Both the position numbers and the translations under genes were made by a program. A stretch of 64,000 nucleotides of DNA from assembly GCF_031769215.1 (NCBI RefSeq), contig NW_026782621.1:186001-250000 (forward strand), read 5' to 3'. The notes below the pieces were generated by a model that searched no databases, was not told where the DNA came from, and saw only the letters and a program-made list of their open reading frames with translations. Source of the stretch: Ylistrum balloti (Eukaryota). How positions within the stretch are numbered: the first letter of the stretch is position 1; each line of letters begins with the position of its first letter. This document shows, one piece after another, positions 35,756 to 51,400 of the stretch.

Positions 35756-38700
35756 GTATGTCAATTTTATAAATATGTCCATATCAAACAGAGTTGCTAT
35801 TCATACGTGTCACAAATACATCATTGAAGATTGTGTATATAATTTAATTCGTTTGTATGAAATCGAAACTCACTTGGGGAAAAAAGGCAAATATGGACAA
35901 ATACTGGTACCACATATACCAAGATGTCTATCAGTTCATAGTCACTATGATTTATTTCAACAATCGTTTTGTATCTGTCATATGCAACAGAAGCCGCGTG
36001 ATTACCAGTGCAATATACCAAATACATCTTATCTATTTATTTAGCCTATTTATTCGTACACGTCAGAAGAAAAATGGCAAACACATGTTGACTATTGGTT
36101 TAAAAATCAAAATAAATGAATCTGCTATCATAATGATTTGTGTTCATTAATCGAGGGATATGGTAACTTAACATCTACCCAAGTAATAGAAAACTAGTGT
36201 GTTCAATCCAATAAAAGTAAAATAATTAGTGTGCCACAGATTGTTTTTAATTTTCAAAAAAAAAATGTTTTTTACCATGAGTTGTACTCTTGAAATCACA
36301 GTTTGTAAGTAGGTCCTGACGCGAAACGTAAAATTTACGCCATTCCCTTTTAGACTTGCCAAATAAAGAGAACAATGAAATTATATAACGTCTCATGTCT
36401 TGGTAAATATTTAATTAGCTTGATAGAAAAAGTTTGTAAATATCTGTACTCAGCGTATGGTAAAAAACATATTAATCTCAAGTTCATGACATAAACAAGT
36501 GTGTAGTGAGAATATGAAAAATACACGATAAAACGTGTCCATAATCAGGTGTATCGCGATCGAATCGCATGTTTTATTGTATATGATACAGCATTATATC
36601 AAAATAAAATTTCAAAATGTCTTTGCAAATATGTCTTTAAATGGCACTGTCTGAATACACGTGAATGTGTTAATATTATATCCCGTTTATGAATTTTGAT
36701 TATGCCAGTAAGTGCGTCCTCGGTTGAGACCATGTTCAAAATTATTTCAGGAGCCCCAAAATAGACTTGATTCATTTCCACACCATACACTTGAACAATC
36801 ATGTGGGGTTTAATTCCCATAACGGACGTGTAAAGGTAAGGTATCACCTGCCCGCCCACTTGGGCTTCCCCTGTTCAGTTTCCTTCCACAGTAAGACCCT
36901 TAAAGTGATTCCAACCGGGACAACAAGAATTATTGACATTAGTTTTGCAGTTGTTGTAAAATTAAACAACTTTCATTGTTTATTTAGAAACTCAAATTTT
37001 ACTACCGATCATATTTTGTGTGTAATTTTTACGAGCCTAGATCAGACATGGCAATGTCTGAATTGAAGAATTATACACATTTTTTTTTTTTTTTTGTTAT
37101 TCTTATCATACAACATTTAAAAATAAGCATTTTCTTTAATATAACTTAATGGTGTACTTAGAATGTACTTTAAGAATCAATCTTACAATGTGGAAACTAA
37201 GTTTTTTCTTGGAAACGACATTTTTGGATTCGAAACACTATACAATTCATTTGGAGTTTGAATACACTCGGCAAATTACTTTCCGCTCTAGTATGCCATT
37301 ACCAATCTACTGGATTACAACACAAGTACAAAATCGTTTATTCTTAAAGACACGGCGCGCATGTGTTGTTTGTCTCCTTGCTACTCGGCACTAATACAGG
37401 ATAAAGAACTCACAGATTCGTTGGTGGAATAACCATTCTTTAATACAAGTCGACTCATGAATTCCTTCGTTCTGTTAGCACAATGTATCTATATAGGTTC
37501 ATCACGAGTTAGAATCAGATTGGCGTTCTACGTTTTCCATTACTATCACGTGATATTACATCATGATGAAATGTGTACGTCAAGGATTATATAAACGCCG
37601 AGCCAATGCGTCGGGTAATAACAGAATCATTATGAAAGGACTTTAACACCTTATACTAAAGTTGAATGGTTGTTTATATACCCTCTGATTCTCTTGATGG
37701 CCCATATTTAATGTTCATTATTATTCCCATTTTCCCCTTTGTTACTGACATTGGCTTTATGTAATATCAAATGTCAACTTAGTTTCTTGCAGTCCACTGA
37801 TTCAATAATGTTTTATCATTATTAATTTTGTTTTTTATGTGAGTTGTAATCTTGAGATGGTGAGTTGGAGCTCCGATTAAGTCTTTTCTGAATTTGTACT
37901 AAAATCTGTAAGTCACACGTGTCCCTTTTGTACAATCTTCTTTATGGTTAGTGAAAGTATGTCACGGAGAGCGAGCAAAGCAATTGTTTAGTATTATTCA
38001 GTGAGGACGTGGTACTTCACAATCATTTGCATTCTCCTTTATCTGGAGCCATTCTCGTAATCTGGACTACCGAAGTACTATTAAGTTGCCGGACCTAAAT
38101 GCAAAGGCAATAGTTTGTGTTTACTGGTACACATTAGCGTCTCATGAATAACTAAGCAGGACAGTCGTGGAGCGTATTCTGGGCGAATATATATACTGTT
38201 TTACATCCTGCTGCACTGTTATTTCGACAATTGATGGGAATATAAGGGAAATTTCAGCATACCCTAAAGCTTGGTTTAAGCAGCCAACATACCATTTATA
38301 ATATAATCGCTTGTTGCAATGCATATCGTGTGCGGCATAACTTCAAATGGATGCATTTATACAAACAAACGATATGCTGCTTTTCAACGTCAATGATGCT
38401 CCGAGGTCAAGCTAAATATGATATTGCTGTATTGACTTTCAATCACGCATGAAGCGAGCCTGGAAACCACGACCATTTTGGTTTGGTGCATTGCACCATT
38501 ATGCCGGTGCTGTAAGAGGTTATAGTAGCCAGACATAACATTATTCATATCTTTCATGATCTCTTGACGGCGCCTGCTGAATAAACGTCAGCTTTCTTTA
38601 TTGAATTACATTTGATGAAACACAAATTATGACAGGTGCATAATTTAGAATATAGTTATTTCTATTTGATTTCTTTCCTTCTACCTAATAAAGACTCTCC

Positions 38701-41377
38701 CTATTTAAGCTTGGAAGCCAGACTATAAGGAAAACTGTTTTGATGTAGGACGTCAACATTTAGGAATCTTACTCTTCTGCCGATATTTAAGCATTCAACT
38801 TCGTTTTCATTATCATAATGATTTCCTGTCATTATTAAATCACCTCACGCAACTGTCGTTTTAGTTAATCGCAATATCTAATAATTTCAACTACACAGGA
38901 TAATTTCAATGAATTTTCGACGTATTGTTTTTAAGATAAATTCTTTCATCTAGCGGGATAGATATTTGTCAAAATTCGGCATTTTCTAAACGAACTTTAG
39001 TGTGGTGCAGTCTTAATTAACAAAATGGTTACGTTTAGCAGTATCAGACATCATGATTATAACCAAAAAGAAGAGTGTATTCTGATTTGCACATTTCAAT
39101 ACAAATTTAAAAGTAGATATGGTACATATAAAAAATGAATTAAACTGTGTCATTTAGTTGTTTCGTTCTTGATTAACTAATAACTTTGAGTAATAGTTAT
39201 CCATCAAGTACCAATACAAAATATTGGTATATTGCTAATAATTTGAAGCTATCGTCAGTTGTTTCTCGTGAAATACGAAATCTCAGTACAGTATTGAATT
39301 GTCCTCTGTCTATTGTTATTCTATCAATTCTTTCAGTAGGATAGTTTCCAACAGTAAGAACTATATCTGGTTTCGACGTTATAAAACCAAACGGTCAAAT
39401 GTGCATAATGTTATTCTGAACAAAGATACAAAACTATACGTGACATTCGGATGACGTCACAAATCTATTGTTCTAAAGACCAATTATACATTGTCGTGTT
39501 GATACACTATGGTAAGCTTTTCTATGTGTTCTGCCTGTTCCATCAATGCTAGACCTAGATGTCTGCAGTGTATCCGACAACTACTATATTTGTCACGTTG
39601 CCGATACCAATGTGATCCATATTAGGATTTGAATTCGAGCTATTTCCATTTGTGAGACTATGATTGTATCCATTATCAGCACTCCTCTTCAAAAACAACC
39701 CCGCGTATGATGTCCTCGGTTATATCTTTAAAAACATTTGAATCTAAATTTGATTGGTTGAAAAAAGAGAAACATTCGGTATGAAGTTATCTATAGAATT
39801 ATCATCATGTAACTGTAATGATAGATTAATATTCCTCTATGTTTCAATTCGAGTCTTACGTGTTGTGTATATAAATTTGCTGTTGTCACTACGTATTGAT
39901 TTTTACAAAAGTGATTATTAAAGATTGCATTTCAAACTGTGAGCTCTCTGAACAAAATAATGTGTTAGTCATATTTTAAAATATTGACTTTAAGAATTTA
40001 CTAATCAGTATTGATGTTAGATCATCCAAAGTAGTTAAAAGGAATGTCAAAATCTAGATGGCGAGATGTGCAAGTCTCTTAGTTCTAGTACACCTCTCCA
40101 TCTAGATTTCGATTTTTCTGTAGATCACTTTGGAGTTTTCTCAGTCGCCTTCTATGTTTTTAAAACATTTAGGACATAACATCACTGACGTGTCCTTTAA
40201 CTGTGACTAAAATCAGTGCCTACTACTCACAGATTAAGAAAAGATAAATACACGAAATAAAAACAACTCGCACACATAAATGAAATGGAGCAATGTGTTA
40301 CTGAATAAAATATAAGTTTTACATTTACCGTTTCAAAGTTCAAAAGGAACCTTGCCTTCACTTGGTTGTTATCCGTTTGTTAAGGTTGTAATTTGTGACG
40401 ACGTTACCTAAATACACATAACAGCAGATGCTTTCACTCCTTATAAATGTTATCTTACTCATATACCTCTGACTCCGTAATCAATAACGAGGGTTTAGGC
40501 AAAACGCATTGCAATCTTCATTAACTTTTCATACATAATCGATTATAGTTTAGTCTTTTATCGAAATTTACAAAAGTCGAAGTTGATACACTAGATTATA
40601 CTAGTTAGTCTCGTGTAACTTCATCCCTGAAACTGAACATGCTTTTATCATTTCATGTTATTTCAGCCTGATATACGTTGCATTATTGACCTGTCTAGGC
40701 ACGTTGTCCAAGTTTCTCGCGTCTAATGAAAGTTCTAGAGTGCCCTGGAGAAATGACTTAGAATATAAATGTATCAGATGTCAATGTGAAACCCTTAACA
40801 AGACACGGAGGATTCGAGGCAGATGTTCATGGACAATTAACACAAATTTAGAGTCTGCTAATCCGTAAATGTAGAAATATATTGGAATTACTTGTCAGAG
40901 ACGTTCACTAAGTGCAACTATGAATATCGGTTACTGTCAAAATACAACCTAACAGTAGTTCCTTGACACATTACTTTTTCTTGTCGTTGTATATAAAAGC
41001 CGGAACAGTCGGAATTGCTGAAGGTTATTCGTCTGTAGCAACTGGGTATACTGAACTTTCTTAAACTTATATTACCATAAATATTTGAGGTCAAAGAAGA
41101 AACATATTTTAAAAAAAGGTCAAAATTCATTTTAAAACAAAATGCAATAGAATTTCGTCTGTAAGTTTGAGCTTTTAAAAGATTACTATGTTCATGACAA
41201 ATTGCATTCATAAAATGCTTCCAACGTCTGATGTTTTTAAATTGTAGACAGATTAAAGGCATTGTGATAGTACAAATAGAAATTCCATTGGGTTTGCTAC
41301 AATTTTAAGAACATATGTGGTCAGCACTACAATACACGCCGATTAAGAGTATGCACATTACTAATCTATAAACTGAA

Positions 41378-41590
41378 GGCCGCGATAGCTTAGTAAAGCG
41401 TTGACTTATGAATGCCCAGATATATATTTGAGGGTCGTGATTCGACGCCCCCATGTCCATGGCTGTTTGTGTTTGTGGACGGACTCCCGCATTGTATTCA
41501 GTGATTTAGTCATCATCCATTACGAAAAGACTTAACCTTAAAAACGACCTTGGCTGTCCAAGGGTTGCTAAATCCCGAAAACAAAGTATA
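41378..41590 (+). mobile_element. tRNA-derived SINE
   Basis: GGCCGCGATAGCTTAGT (A-box-like, 41386-41394), GGGTCGTGATTCGACGCCC (B-box-like), and a tail GACCTTGGCTGTCCAAGGGTTGCTAAATCCC followed by an A-rich end. There is no complete cloverleaf, so this is not a tRNA gene. Confidence 0.6.
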
Positions 41591-42480
41591 TAAACAGCTT
41601 ATGTATATACTGTGGTATTTTACAGCGAGCGGTGTAAATCCTGAATATAACTGCTTTGCTGGTGTATAATACCGCACCTTAAAGAAAAAGCATTCAGCCT
41701 CTATTGAAAATAGCATTTCTGTCTATTTCATTTCTTTACTTCTTCACATCATAATAATTATTTTATATATATATATAAACTAAAATACAAACCATTTTAA
41801 CACAGCTTCCTTAGGTGATGCCGACTAAAGAAATCAAAACACTGCTGCAATGTAAAATAAATAATTTGCTTAATCGGATTTTTTTCACGCAAATATATTA
41901 TGAATTCTGTACATTAAATGGTCGTCGTTTATGAGATTCATTATTTGCATCAATTTGTTTGTGGGTGTGTTGAATGGCTCTGCGCTGGTTGTTTCTCCCC
42001 CTAACATATTACGTGTCCAATAAATCTTGTTTTATGGGTGATTTTGTAGCATGTTGGATATACAGATTTTTTGTCTCCATCCATGTGATTTTCGTGTTTA
42101 GGTCCTATATATCTACGTAGAATCTAAGCATTTGTGAACTAAAGGCCATCGTCTGTCGACTAGTGGTTATACAATATGCATCAATCTGGCTACTCAGTTT
42201 GTGCGGATATTTATTAGAAGCGTTAAAACCAGCTGACACTGCAATATTTCTATTAGGCCTGGGCACCATGCCATACCATAACTGTCATGTTTGTAATTAA
42301 TTTAGGAATCTATCCAAGCGTGTTTATGAGAATTATTCGATAGACTATATTTGAGATATTACGAAAATGCGAATTTAACTGGACAACAAATAATACTATA
42401 TTTTAATCATTGCAGTTAAACCATTAAATATATGTCTGAAATATTTTATTGTTTGGCCATGCAGACGAATTGAAGGATTA

Positions 42481-45400
42481 ATGGAGACTTGCAAAACGCC
42501 TGATACCGTATACCAAAACATTGATTCACCTGTAAAGCGTTGCCATGATAACAGCGGGCGTCATGCGCGGTCAGGTGAAGGTTTTCCGGAAGGAAGTTGC
42601 ACCATGGACACCACAATAGCTTCACATGAAAACAAGGTATGTGGTTAGGGTTAGTGAGTTTCATTGTTCATAATGTCATACAGAGGGAGCGTGACATAAG
42701 TACAATAATAACGTTCAGTTCGTGTATAAATTGAACTTCCCGTAAGTAATACTCAACTATTAATATTTATTACAGTCAACAAAATCACAGCATAGTGAAA
42801 TGTCCTGTGGAGTTTTGGACCCCGACGGAAACAATTGCTACAACTGGATGGTATGTGTTCCAATAAAAGACAAACCATTTAGGACTGAATGATTTGATGT
42901 TGGTGTCGCCTTCAAATATAAAATGCATTAACCAAAGTAATAATTTCTCCCCTGTATGCTCAAGAATACATTTAAAAAACTTTGCAACATTTTATGTTTA
43001 GACAATTTTATCAAAATCACTCCGTGCAATAGGTTTCTTTTAGGCAGTATTTCAAACTGACAGCATATCTAACTGTAAAGTAATGTCCAGGTAAACATTT
43101 AGCGTGACGGTACATTAGAACGACCCTTGAGCTTCCCAAATATCATTAGAAACGGTCTTCTCTTTTGTTAGTTGTTTCCAACAACAAAGCATCCGAAATA
43201 GTTATACTTCACCGTATCACTTGGTAATTTCTGACATATCCTTCGAGTTTCTCCTATTTAGTCACAAATAATGAATATTCATTAAATAACGAGTATTCAT
43301 TACTATTTCACTGATTTCCATTGCGTTGTTCTTCCAGATCATTATCACCACAGCAGCCCTTTACAACATAGTTGTCATCATACTTCGGCTTGCCTTTACA
43401 GAGATGAGGGAACATGTAAGTAATGATGGATTCATATTTTCCATATTAACAATATTCGTTATTTCATTTTATTAAATATTTTAGTGTTTATTCTATGTTA
43501 CAATCACATGTACTAATTATGCATGGAATTGATTCTTTATGTAAAGCATAATTGTCTGATCATAATATTTCGTATTAGGTGTTACCAAGAACGATATTTA
43601 CCGTCCTTGACCTTGGATGTGATGTGGTATACTTGTTTGACATGGTAGTACAAAGTCGTATGTCTTACTACGAGGACGGCTGTCTGGTAAGAACATTGAA
43701 ATATATCAACGGTCAGAACTTGTTTGTTGTAAATTAAGACTGATATGCAGTGTAATGGTATTATCACGTATTTTTGTGTTTGTGTGCAACATGATTAATA
43801 TCACTTACTGTGGCGTTACAAAACCAGGCAAACACAGCACTGGTCAGACAATCTTTGATGTTTCTAAGTTACATTATATGGCCATTTAGGTTTTAGTGTA
43901 TAATGTACGTTTTGATGGGCCGTCTACTATCTTATTTGGTGGTTTATTTGTTGTATACCTTGCTCTCAATTGGGAACGTAACATTACTCACTTGGATTGG
44001 CTAGCCTATACACGTGTTACTTTTCCAGAACCTTTAATCTTATTCTCCTTACACGTTTATGAGGAGTCTCTGTGTAAAGCTTTTTTTTTTTTTTTTTTTT
44101 TTGCCGTGGTTACATCGAATTTGTGTTTGAATTAAGATTTTGTCGAAATGTCAGCATTATTTTCATACGACTGATTCAAATGTGCTAATATATGTGTTTG
44201 AAGACATATGCAGAAACGCAGCAATGGTTCAAACTTCTTTATAAAACATCAAATTACAAATGAATTCAGAAAAGATAATAATTAACATCGTCTTGCCATT
44301 TATAGGTAACTGATACTCAAAAGGTGTATGAGGAGTACTGGGGTAGGCCACGATTTAAGCTTGATGTGTTATCAATTCTTCCACTTCACACCATCATCTT
44401 CGTATGTCAAGGTAACTTTCACCTGCTGACGCTCGATGTTTGTTTATACACACACACGTGTGAATTGCACGTACAGTCGCATCGTATACAACGCAAAACA
44501 ACTTTATATGAAGTTTTTGAGTAAACACATTACTATCGAAAACATACAATTAACCAAGAGGTGTTTGCTTATTTTGCAGGAATGCTGAAGTGCATAAAGA
44601 TATACATAGGCTTCGATAAATATCGTACGTATTTGTTTTCATTCCTAACATTATCAAAACATTGTGTTATTTATTCTAACTTACTGCCTGTTTTACTTTA
44701 TACACACATTATCTTTGTCTGTTTACTACAATAAACTTATGAATACACATCTTTATTTGGCTTTGACAGAAGGGGTTTACGTTTCCTTGACACGGTTACC
44801 AAGGTTACTTAAAGCTCACACTGTTTCCGGTTTCTTCGACATTACTGACAGGTAGTTAAAATTGACATAATACACGTCCTTACGAGTTCATAGTGTTTTT
44901 ATTAGATTTTCAATCTTCATCAAAGTATACATCGCCAATGTCCACTGATGGTAGGGCCTTAGCTTTAGAACTAAATATAAATCGATATGGTTTAAAATTT
45001 GTTTTATTTCTTTAAATATCACCAAAAAAATTGATCATGCTTTTCTAAACCCGGTAGAGTCTCTTTCAAGCGATTTTTGTGAAAGTGAAAATTGTTCTTG
45101 AATAATATTGCCTGTTTGTTTTACATTTCGCAGTCGCACGTCCAACCCTAACTGTGTCCGGGCGATCAAGCTCTCTTTGTATTTAATACTTGTTATTCAC
45201 TGGATCGGGTGTCTATATTACATCGTATCCTTGGTAAGTATTATGTGTTTAACGATACGCTACAGAAAAGGATATATTGTTTATTATTATTGTTGTTAAT
45301 TTGATTTACCTATCTAATGAATAGATTTAATTATAACCCCTAGCTATTTTAATTGAGACCTTTTCAAACAATTTTTTTTTCTTATGAAAGACTTATTAAT

Positions 45401-48400
45401 CCCTACAGAAATCTTTCTTACGCATTATTTTGTTTAGATACTATGATGTTAGCATATTGAATAAAATATATCATTACAAATAAATTATTTCTGCAAGATT
45501 GAATAATTGTACCAATGCATATATTGTTACCAAGAACTTAGTCACAAAAGGGTGATGGGTCCTCCATTTCGTGTCTCCTGTGTAGCCCGTCATTCCTCTG
45601 CGTGTGGCACTCGCTGTATATAGCCTTTTTACCAAAGAATTCCATCAACCTGTAAAATGTATCTAGTTACTTCCGACGTTATGCCTATTCCACTCATCAC
45701 AGTCTTTGCGTGACTTGGACAACATTTTGTATGTGTTGATTCGTTCATGTCAATGATGTTGATAACAAGCAAATCGATCGTATAGACATCTTGAACACAA
45801 GACCCACTAATATCTTACGGGAAGAGCACAGGACTAGCTTACTGATAAACGCTTGGTTATGCATACCAATCCGGCGTACACAAAATCATACAAGTGTTCG
45901 TGAATTTACATGAAAATGTCATAGAAGAGAATAGGATATATATTGGTGTTAAATAGTATCATATATTGTGTATGATGTATAGTGTACCATGCACTATTTG
46001 ATAATAGATCACCTGTGTAAAAAAAGCATATTTCTTTCAATGTCTAGAATTTCAAGTTATGTTGTATAACAGTTGTGGCATGAAAAGGAAAGAATCAAAA
46101 TATTTTCGAACCTGAATGTTGAGAAATTGGGTATGTTTCACTTACCACTTACAACCGAGGCGGATGATCGCAGCAACATTGATTATATTTGCAAACCAAA
46201 TGACGCATGGTCCTGTTATAATCGATACATCTTTAACGAATCATAAACAAGCGTACCAATTAACTGAATACGTTAATTAATCCTTAACGAGAACTGTTTC
46301 CTTTACAATTTTAATTCACGCTCACAATAGATAAAGACGCATTATCCGTAATTGTTAAAGATCACAGCCCTAAAACATTGTTCTTGTTGAATATATGCCT
46401 TGTAAACCAAAACGACATTTCAATGTCTATTACAGTACGAGGGGATAGGGTCTACTGAATGGGCCTACTCCAGTGGAAACTACCCAGATAATTTCATAAG
46501 GTAACCCATCACTGACACAATCACTACCACACTTGTCACTTTTCTAAATGTTTTAATAAACTGATGACACATTTAGACAATGATATGTTGATTTTGTGTT
46601 TATTTCTTACTTGATTTAGCGAATAAATATGTATAAAAATCATATATATACACTCAGTCTTCAGTAAGGAACCACCAATATCTTAGATTTGGCTTTAAGA
46701 AAACTATTCAGTGACAACTCAACAGGATACATACGATTCTTCGGCATTTAACGAAGGATACACATTCAACAGGGAACGAAATTCACATAACCAGAGGTGT
46801 TGCATCTTTTCATAAAGACGTGCTTAAAAAGCAATCCTAAATTATAGAAAAATATAACTGTAATTAATATAACTCTTATTTACAGATACGTCATCAAATT
46901 ACCTAAACAATTAATTAGTTCTGTTGGGTCTGAAAATATCAACTTCGGGTAAAGCTACCACTTTTCTGGTACAATTCTTTTGTCCATTGAGTTTGGGTTT
47001 GAGATAACCCCACTCATATCTGATGACATTGCATGCCATAAGAACATGTTTCATACAAGGCGGGCTCTGTGTGGTTGAATTGTTATCAATTAGGATAGGC
47101 GGACCTGTCGATAGAGGGCATCAAAATGTGGAACAACTTTTTTCAAAAGTAACAATAAGTTTTGATTTCACTTTCCATACGGAATTTGATGGTCCCTTAC
47201 TTGTGGACAAGTGTTGTATAGTATTCTCTAATGCGTCTTAAGTTACTGTGTCTTTGTACTGTCATATGGGGCTTACTTTGACGAACAATAACATGGAGCA
47301 GAAGACGCTTAATCTTTAGCAGCACCCGATCTTATTTTCCTCGTCCTTTTTCTGGAGCCTCTCTTAACCTCGCTTCACTGACTATCAATTTAAATTACAA
47401 TTCCGTTAAAATTTCCTTTGTTACTTTCATAGGAAATACATTTGCTGTATTTACTGGTCGCTTTTGATACTGACCACTATAGGGGAGAGACCGCCGCCTC
47501 AGACTAATTTGGTAAGGTACTGCCAATGAAGTATTGATGCGATTTTATATGATCTCGGTGTTTTCACACTTTTTTAATTTTCATTTAAACTTTCTGCCAA
47601 TATAATTTTATTGTTGTCTTATTTCAACAAGTCTCGATTTTTTTCTTTTTTCTTCTGATTGTTACACGTGCTTCCTACATGATCTTACATAAACATAGTT
47701 AATCATCAAGTACGAAAAATTTATTGTTCCTTTGAAGTCATACATTTCAGATTAATTGTTTCAGGAGCACGTGTTTACTGGATTGACGTTTGTTATTGGT
47801 GTTTTTATATTTGCTGCCGTTGTCGGTAACGTCGGCGATGTGATCAGTAATCTAAATGCTTCTAGACAAGAATTTCAATCTAGGTGAGGATCCCTATATA
47901 AATCATGATATCTCTACTGGCATTGAAATTTGCATTTCACGTAAAGAATAGCATTTTACTTCCTGTGTTTCGTCATCCATTACAAAGATGTTCAATATCT
48001 TGCATAGCATATAGCCGGTTATTTTCGCGGGAATATTTTCGCTCTTTCGCGATTCATTAACGAGATCGCGTAAAAATGATTTGCGTAATAGTGAAATATG
48101 TGTACTTATAACATGTTCTTTTAATGTCCAGATCACGAAATATAAATTTTCTAAGATAAAATTCGATGGTTATAGAAGAAAATTGCGAAATTTTGACCCC
48201 TGAAAATTACCAGCTGTACGGTAGCGATTCATTTACTGTGAAACCGCTGATCGCATTCTTATGTACATCTCCTTATTGCAAAGAAAGTATTTTCCATTTT
48301 ATAAAATGTTACACTGTTTACACAAATAGAAGTTGTCGGTTGCAAGACGTTTTCGGCAATCACTTCGTAATAATCAACCTGTTCATGTTTTCACAGGATG

Positions 48401-51400
48401 GACCAGATAAAGTTTTACCTGAGGCACAGAAATGTCCCTATACCTTTACAGAACAGAGTCAAACGTTGGGCCGACTATACATGGGCAAAGTATGATTATA
48501 TAAATTTGGAATGAAGTGGTCCATGATTTGACAATAATAAGTAGGATAACTGTAACATAAGTAAATCAATGATGTACTTACGTCCTCGTCGTTGAAACTA
48601 GACTCCTAAAAACGGATAACCCAAAGATCAAATGCACATTTGCTTTCATTTTGCTCAATAATGGAAATATATTTACATCACAGTGTTTTGTAGATTTCTT
48701 CCTATCCTCGCCACCTCTCCCTCCATACATTACCGGTTTCTTGTATATAAATGTTGTTTTTGTTTGGCAACAATACGGCACTAAATGTTCTCAGTATCCA
48801 GATGTTGGATGTTCTTCATCAGTAATTGTACAAAATGTTTTCAGTACACATATGTTGGCCCTTCTTGTTTAATCGTGGTACTAAATGTTTTCAGTATCCA
48901 GAGGCTGACTGTACTTGTTTTGTTGCAGTACTTAATGTTTTCAGTTTTCATATACTGCATAGCTTACAAAGGAGAAATCTAAGGTAGTTAGAGAATTACT
49001 TCCTGGCATAAATTGTAATAGAAAAAGAAAAGTGTCTTGAAGGAAAACAATAACAGGACATTTTGCTATATTTACGAAACGGATTATGCAAGAGATAAAG
49101 AAAACAGCAGTAATACAGTAGTATATACGAAGGATCGAGGGACTTATTCTATTCTTACTTCTATTTCGACGTGTATTACAGGAATCAAGCCATGGATGAG
49201 CCTCAGTTGTTACAGATGTTACCCGAGAGATTGCAGATGGAGATCGCCATACAAGTCCATCTAGATACCCTCAAAAAAGTATAACAAACCTCATATGCGA
49301 CCTTAAGTAAAAGAAAAATGGCAATAATTTGCCTTTATTAAGTTTTAAATTTACTCCTTCAAACGGAATGACTTCTGACTTTACAATTATTATCCTTTGC
49401 GTTAGTATCAGTCTATAAATTTGTGAAAGGCCGCGTCAGTGATGTTCGAAAATAACAATATGGTTTTTTTTAATGTCACTGTGTTTTTAGGTCACTATCT
49501 TCGAAGAATGTGAGGAGGGACTTTTGAGGGAGTTGGTGTTGAAACTTCGACCACAGATCTTTTCCCCTGGTGATTACATATGTCACATCGGAGACATAGG
49601 TGTGTGGAATGTTGATAGCTGGAAACAAATCACCCTCTCACTCCTCATTTCTCTATATCCCTCTTTTTTTTTAGTTGAAAAGCATTTTTCCATTCGTTTC
49701 ATTCACTTAACATTAACATATATGATAATTCATTTACATACTCTAATCACGGATTGGGACTGTTTAGTCAATCGATAGATCGATCTAAATCATTCGCTCA
49801 GGTAAATGTGAATTGAAGACTGACTTTAGTATCACTTGTTATATACTCACAATTACCTAACTTTTATTGTATTGCAGGTCGAGAGATGTACATCATCAAC
49901 CATGGAAAGATAGAGGTACAAATGTCCCTCATAGATGGTATCTGAAGTTAAGATTTCTTTACCATTAGTTCTATTGATATATAAGTTTCATTAGTCTGAC
50001 TCGCCCATTCCTAGTTTGCATGCAGGGATCTCTCAGTTGATCACAGGATGAGATTTCAAGACAGTTTTGCACCTATACGTTTTGATCATCAATATTTACA
50101 TCGCTAGGACTGAAATTCTCGGTATCCTTATTCGTTAGAAATCATTTAAGATCTTGAATTTGTTCAAACATGTTCCGACGGGTTTTGTGTTCCCATATTT
50201 TGAACGTTGTTATTTTTTTCATGACTTTGAGTTAAAACAAAGATTTCTTTTCTAGATTTCACTCGTTCATAACAAAGTTTTCCCGAACTCATATTGTTTT
50301 AGATCATAGTTCCTTGTGCCGACACAGGACAGAAACAGAGAGTTGCAACATTAGGAACTGGTAATTACTTTGGGGAGATCAGTTTGCTCAAACTCGATTC
50401 CGGACAAAACAGGTAAAAAGATCTGAAAGCAGGCTCGTGAAATTAAATATCAGCAATAATTAGATAAACGCATCTATGTATTTTCCAATGCATGTAAAAA
50501 AATGCTGGTGAAAATGAAGTTTTAAAACGACATTTTAAACGTATAATGGCAGGAGGACCGCAGATGTCCGGTCCGTTGGATACTCGGAACTGCTACGGCT
50601 TTCCAGGAAGGATCTCCTTACGGTGAGTGTTGTGGTAGGACAACATGGATATTGATACGTTACATAGCATTCACTGATGACACTCAGATTGTTTCTTCTT
50701 TAATAAGAAAAAAATAGTTGTTATTACTTTTTAATTAATTAAATTTTCATATTGTGTACTGTTGTAGGCACTGGTGGAATATCCTGAAGCAAAGCTGATA
50801 CTGGAAACACAGGCTAAGCTTAGGTATAGTACTATCTCAACGAAAATGTCATCTCATTTGTGACATCGAATACGGTAAAAGAGTGATACAAATACTTTAA
50901 AATTCTTGTTATTTACTACAGTACACGTTTATCTTATTTAGATGCTGCATTATTTGAATTATTTTACAACTTTTCGTTTTCAGAATGAAAGAAACTATGG
51001 TCATTCGAAATACCAATGGGGAAGAACCGTCTCCTCCTTCAGAACGGCAAACAAACGAACCTTCTAGGAAAAAACGTGACTGGCTCACAGGAATTGTCCA
51101 ATCAGATGGATTTAAGAAACTTGTGGAGAGCAAAGGTAAAATTATATGCTATCATTTTGATGTGGATAAATGACATGTTGCATTCAATATAATATCTCAT
51201 CCCACTAGGTTCTTTCTATATTCCTACACGGGTGTCATATTTGTAATATATATCGTTTATAATTAACCAAGTTTTTATCTTCAAATGATTTATTATCGTT
51301 TCTACACGGAGAAACATCCAGCTGGATCGCCCAGGTAATATTTTAGCGTATGTCATTAGTGTTATATTCCCTGGAGTGTTTTTCATTGGCTGGGCCAGTC

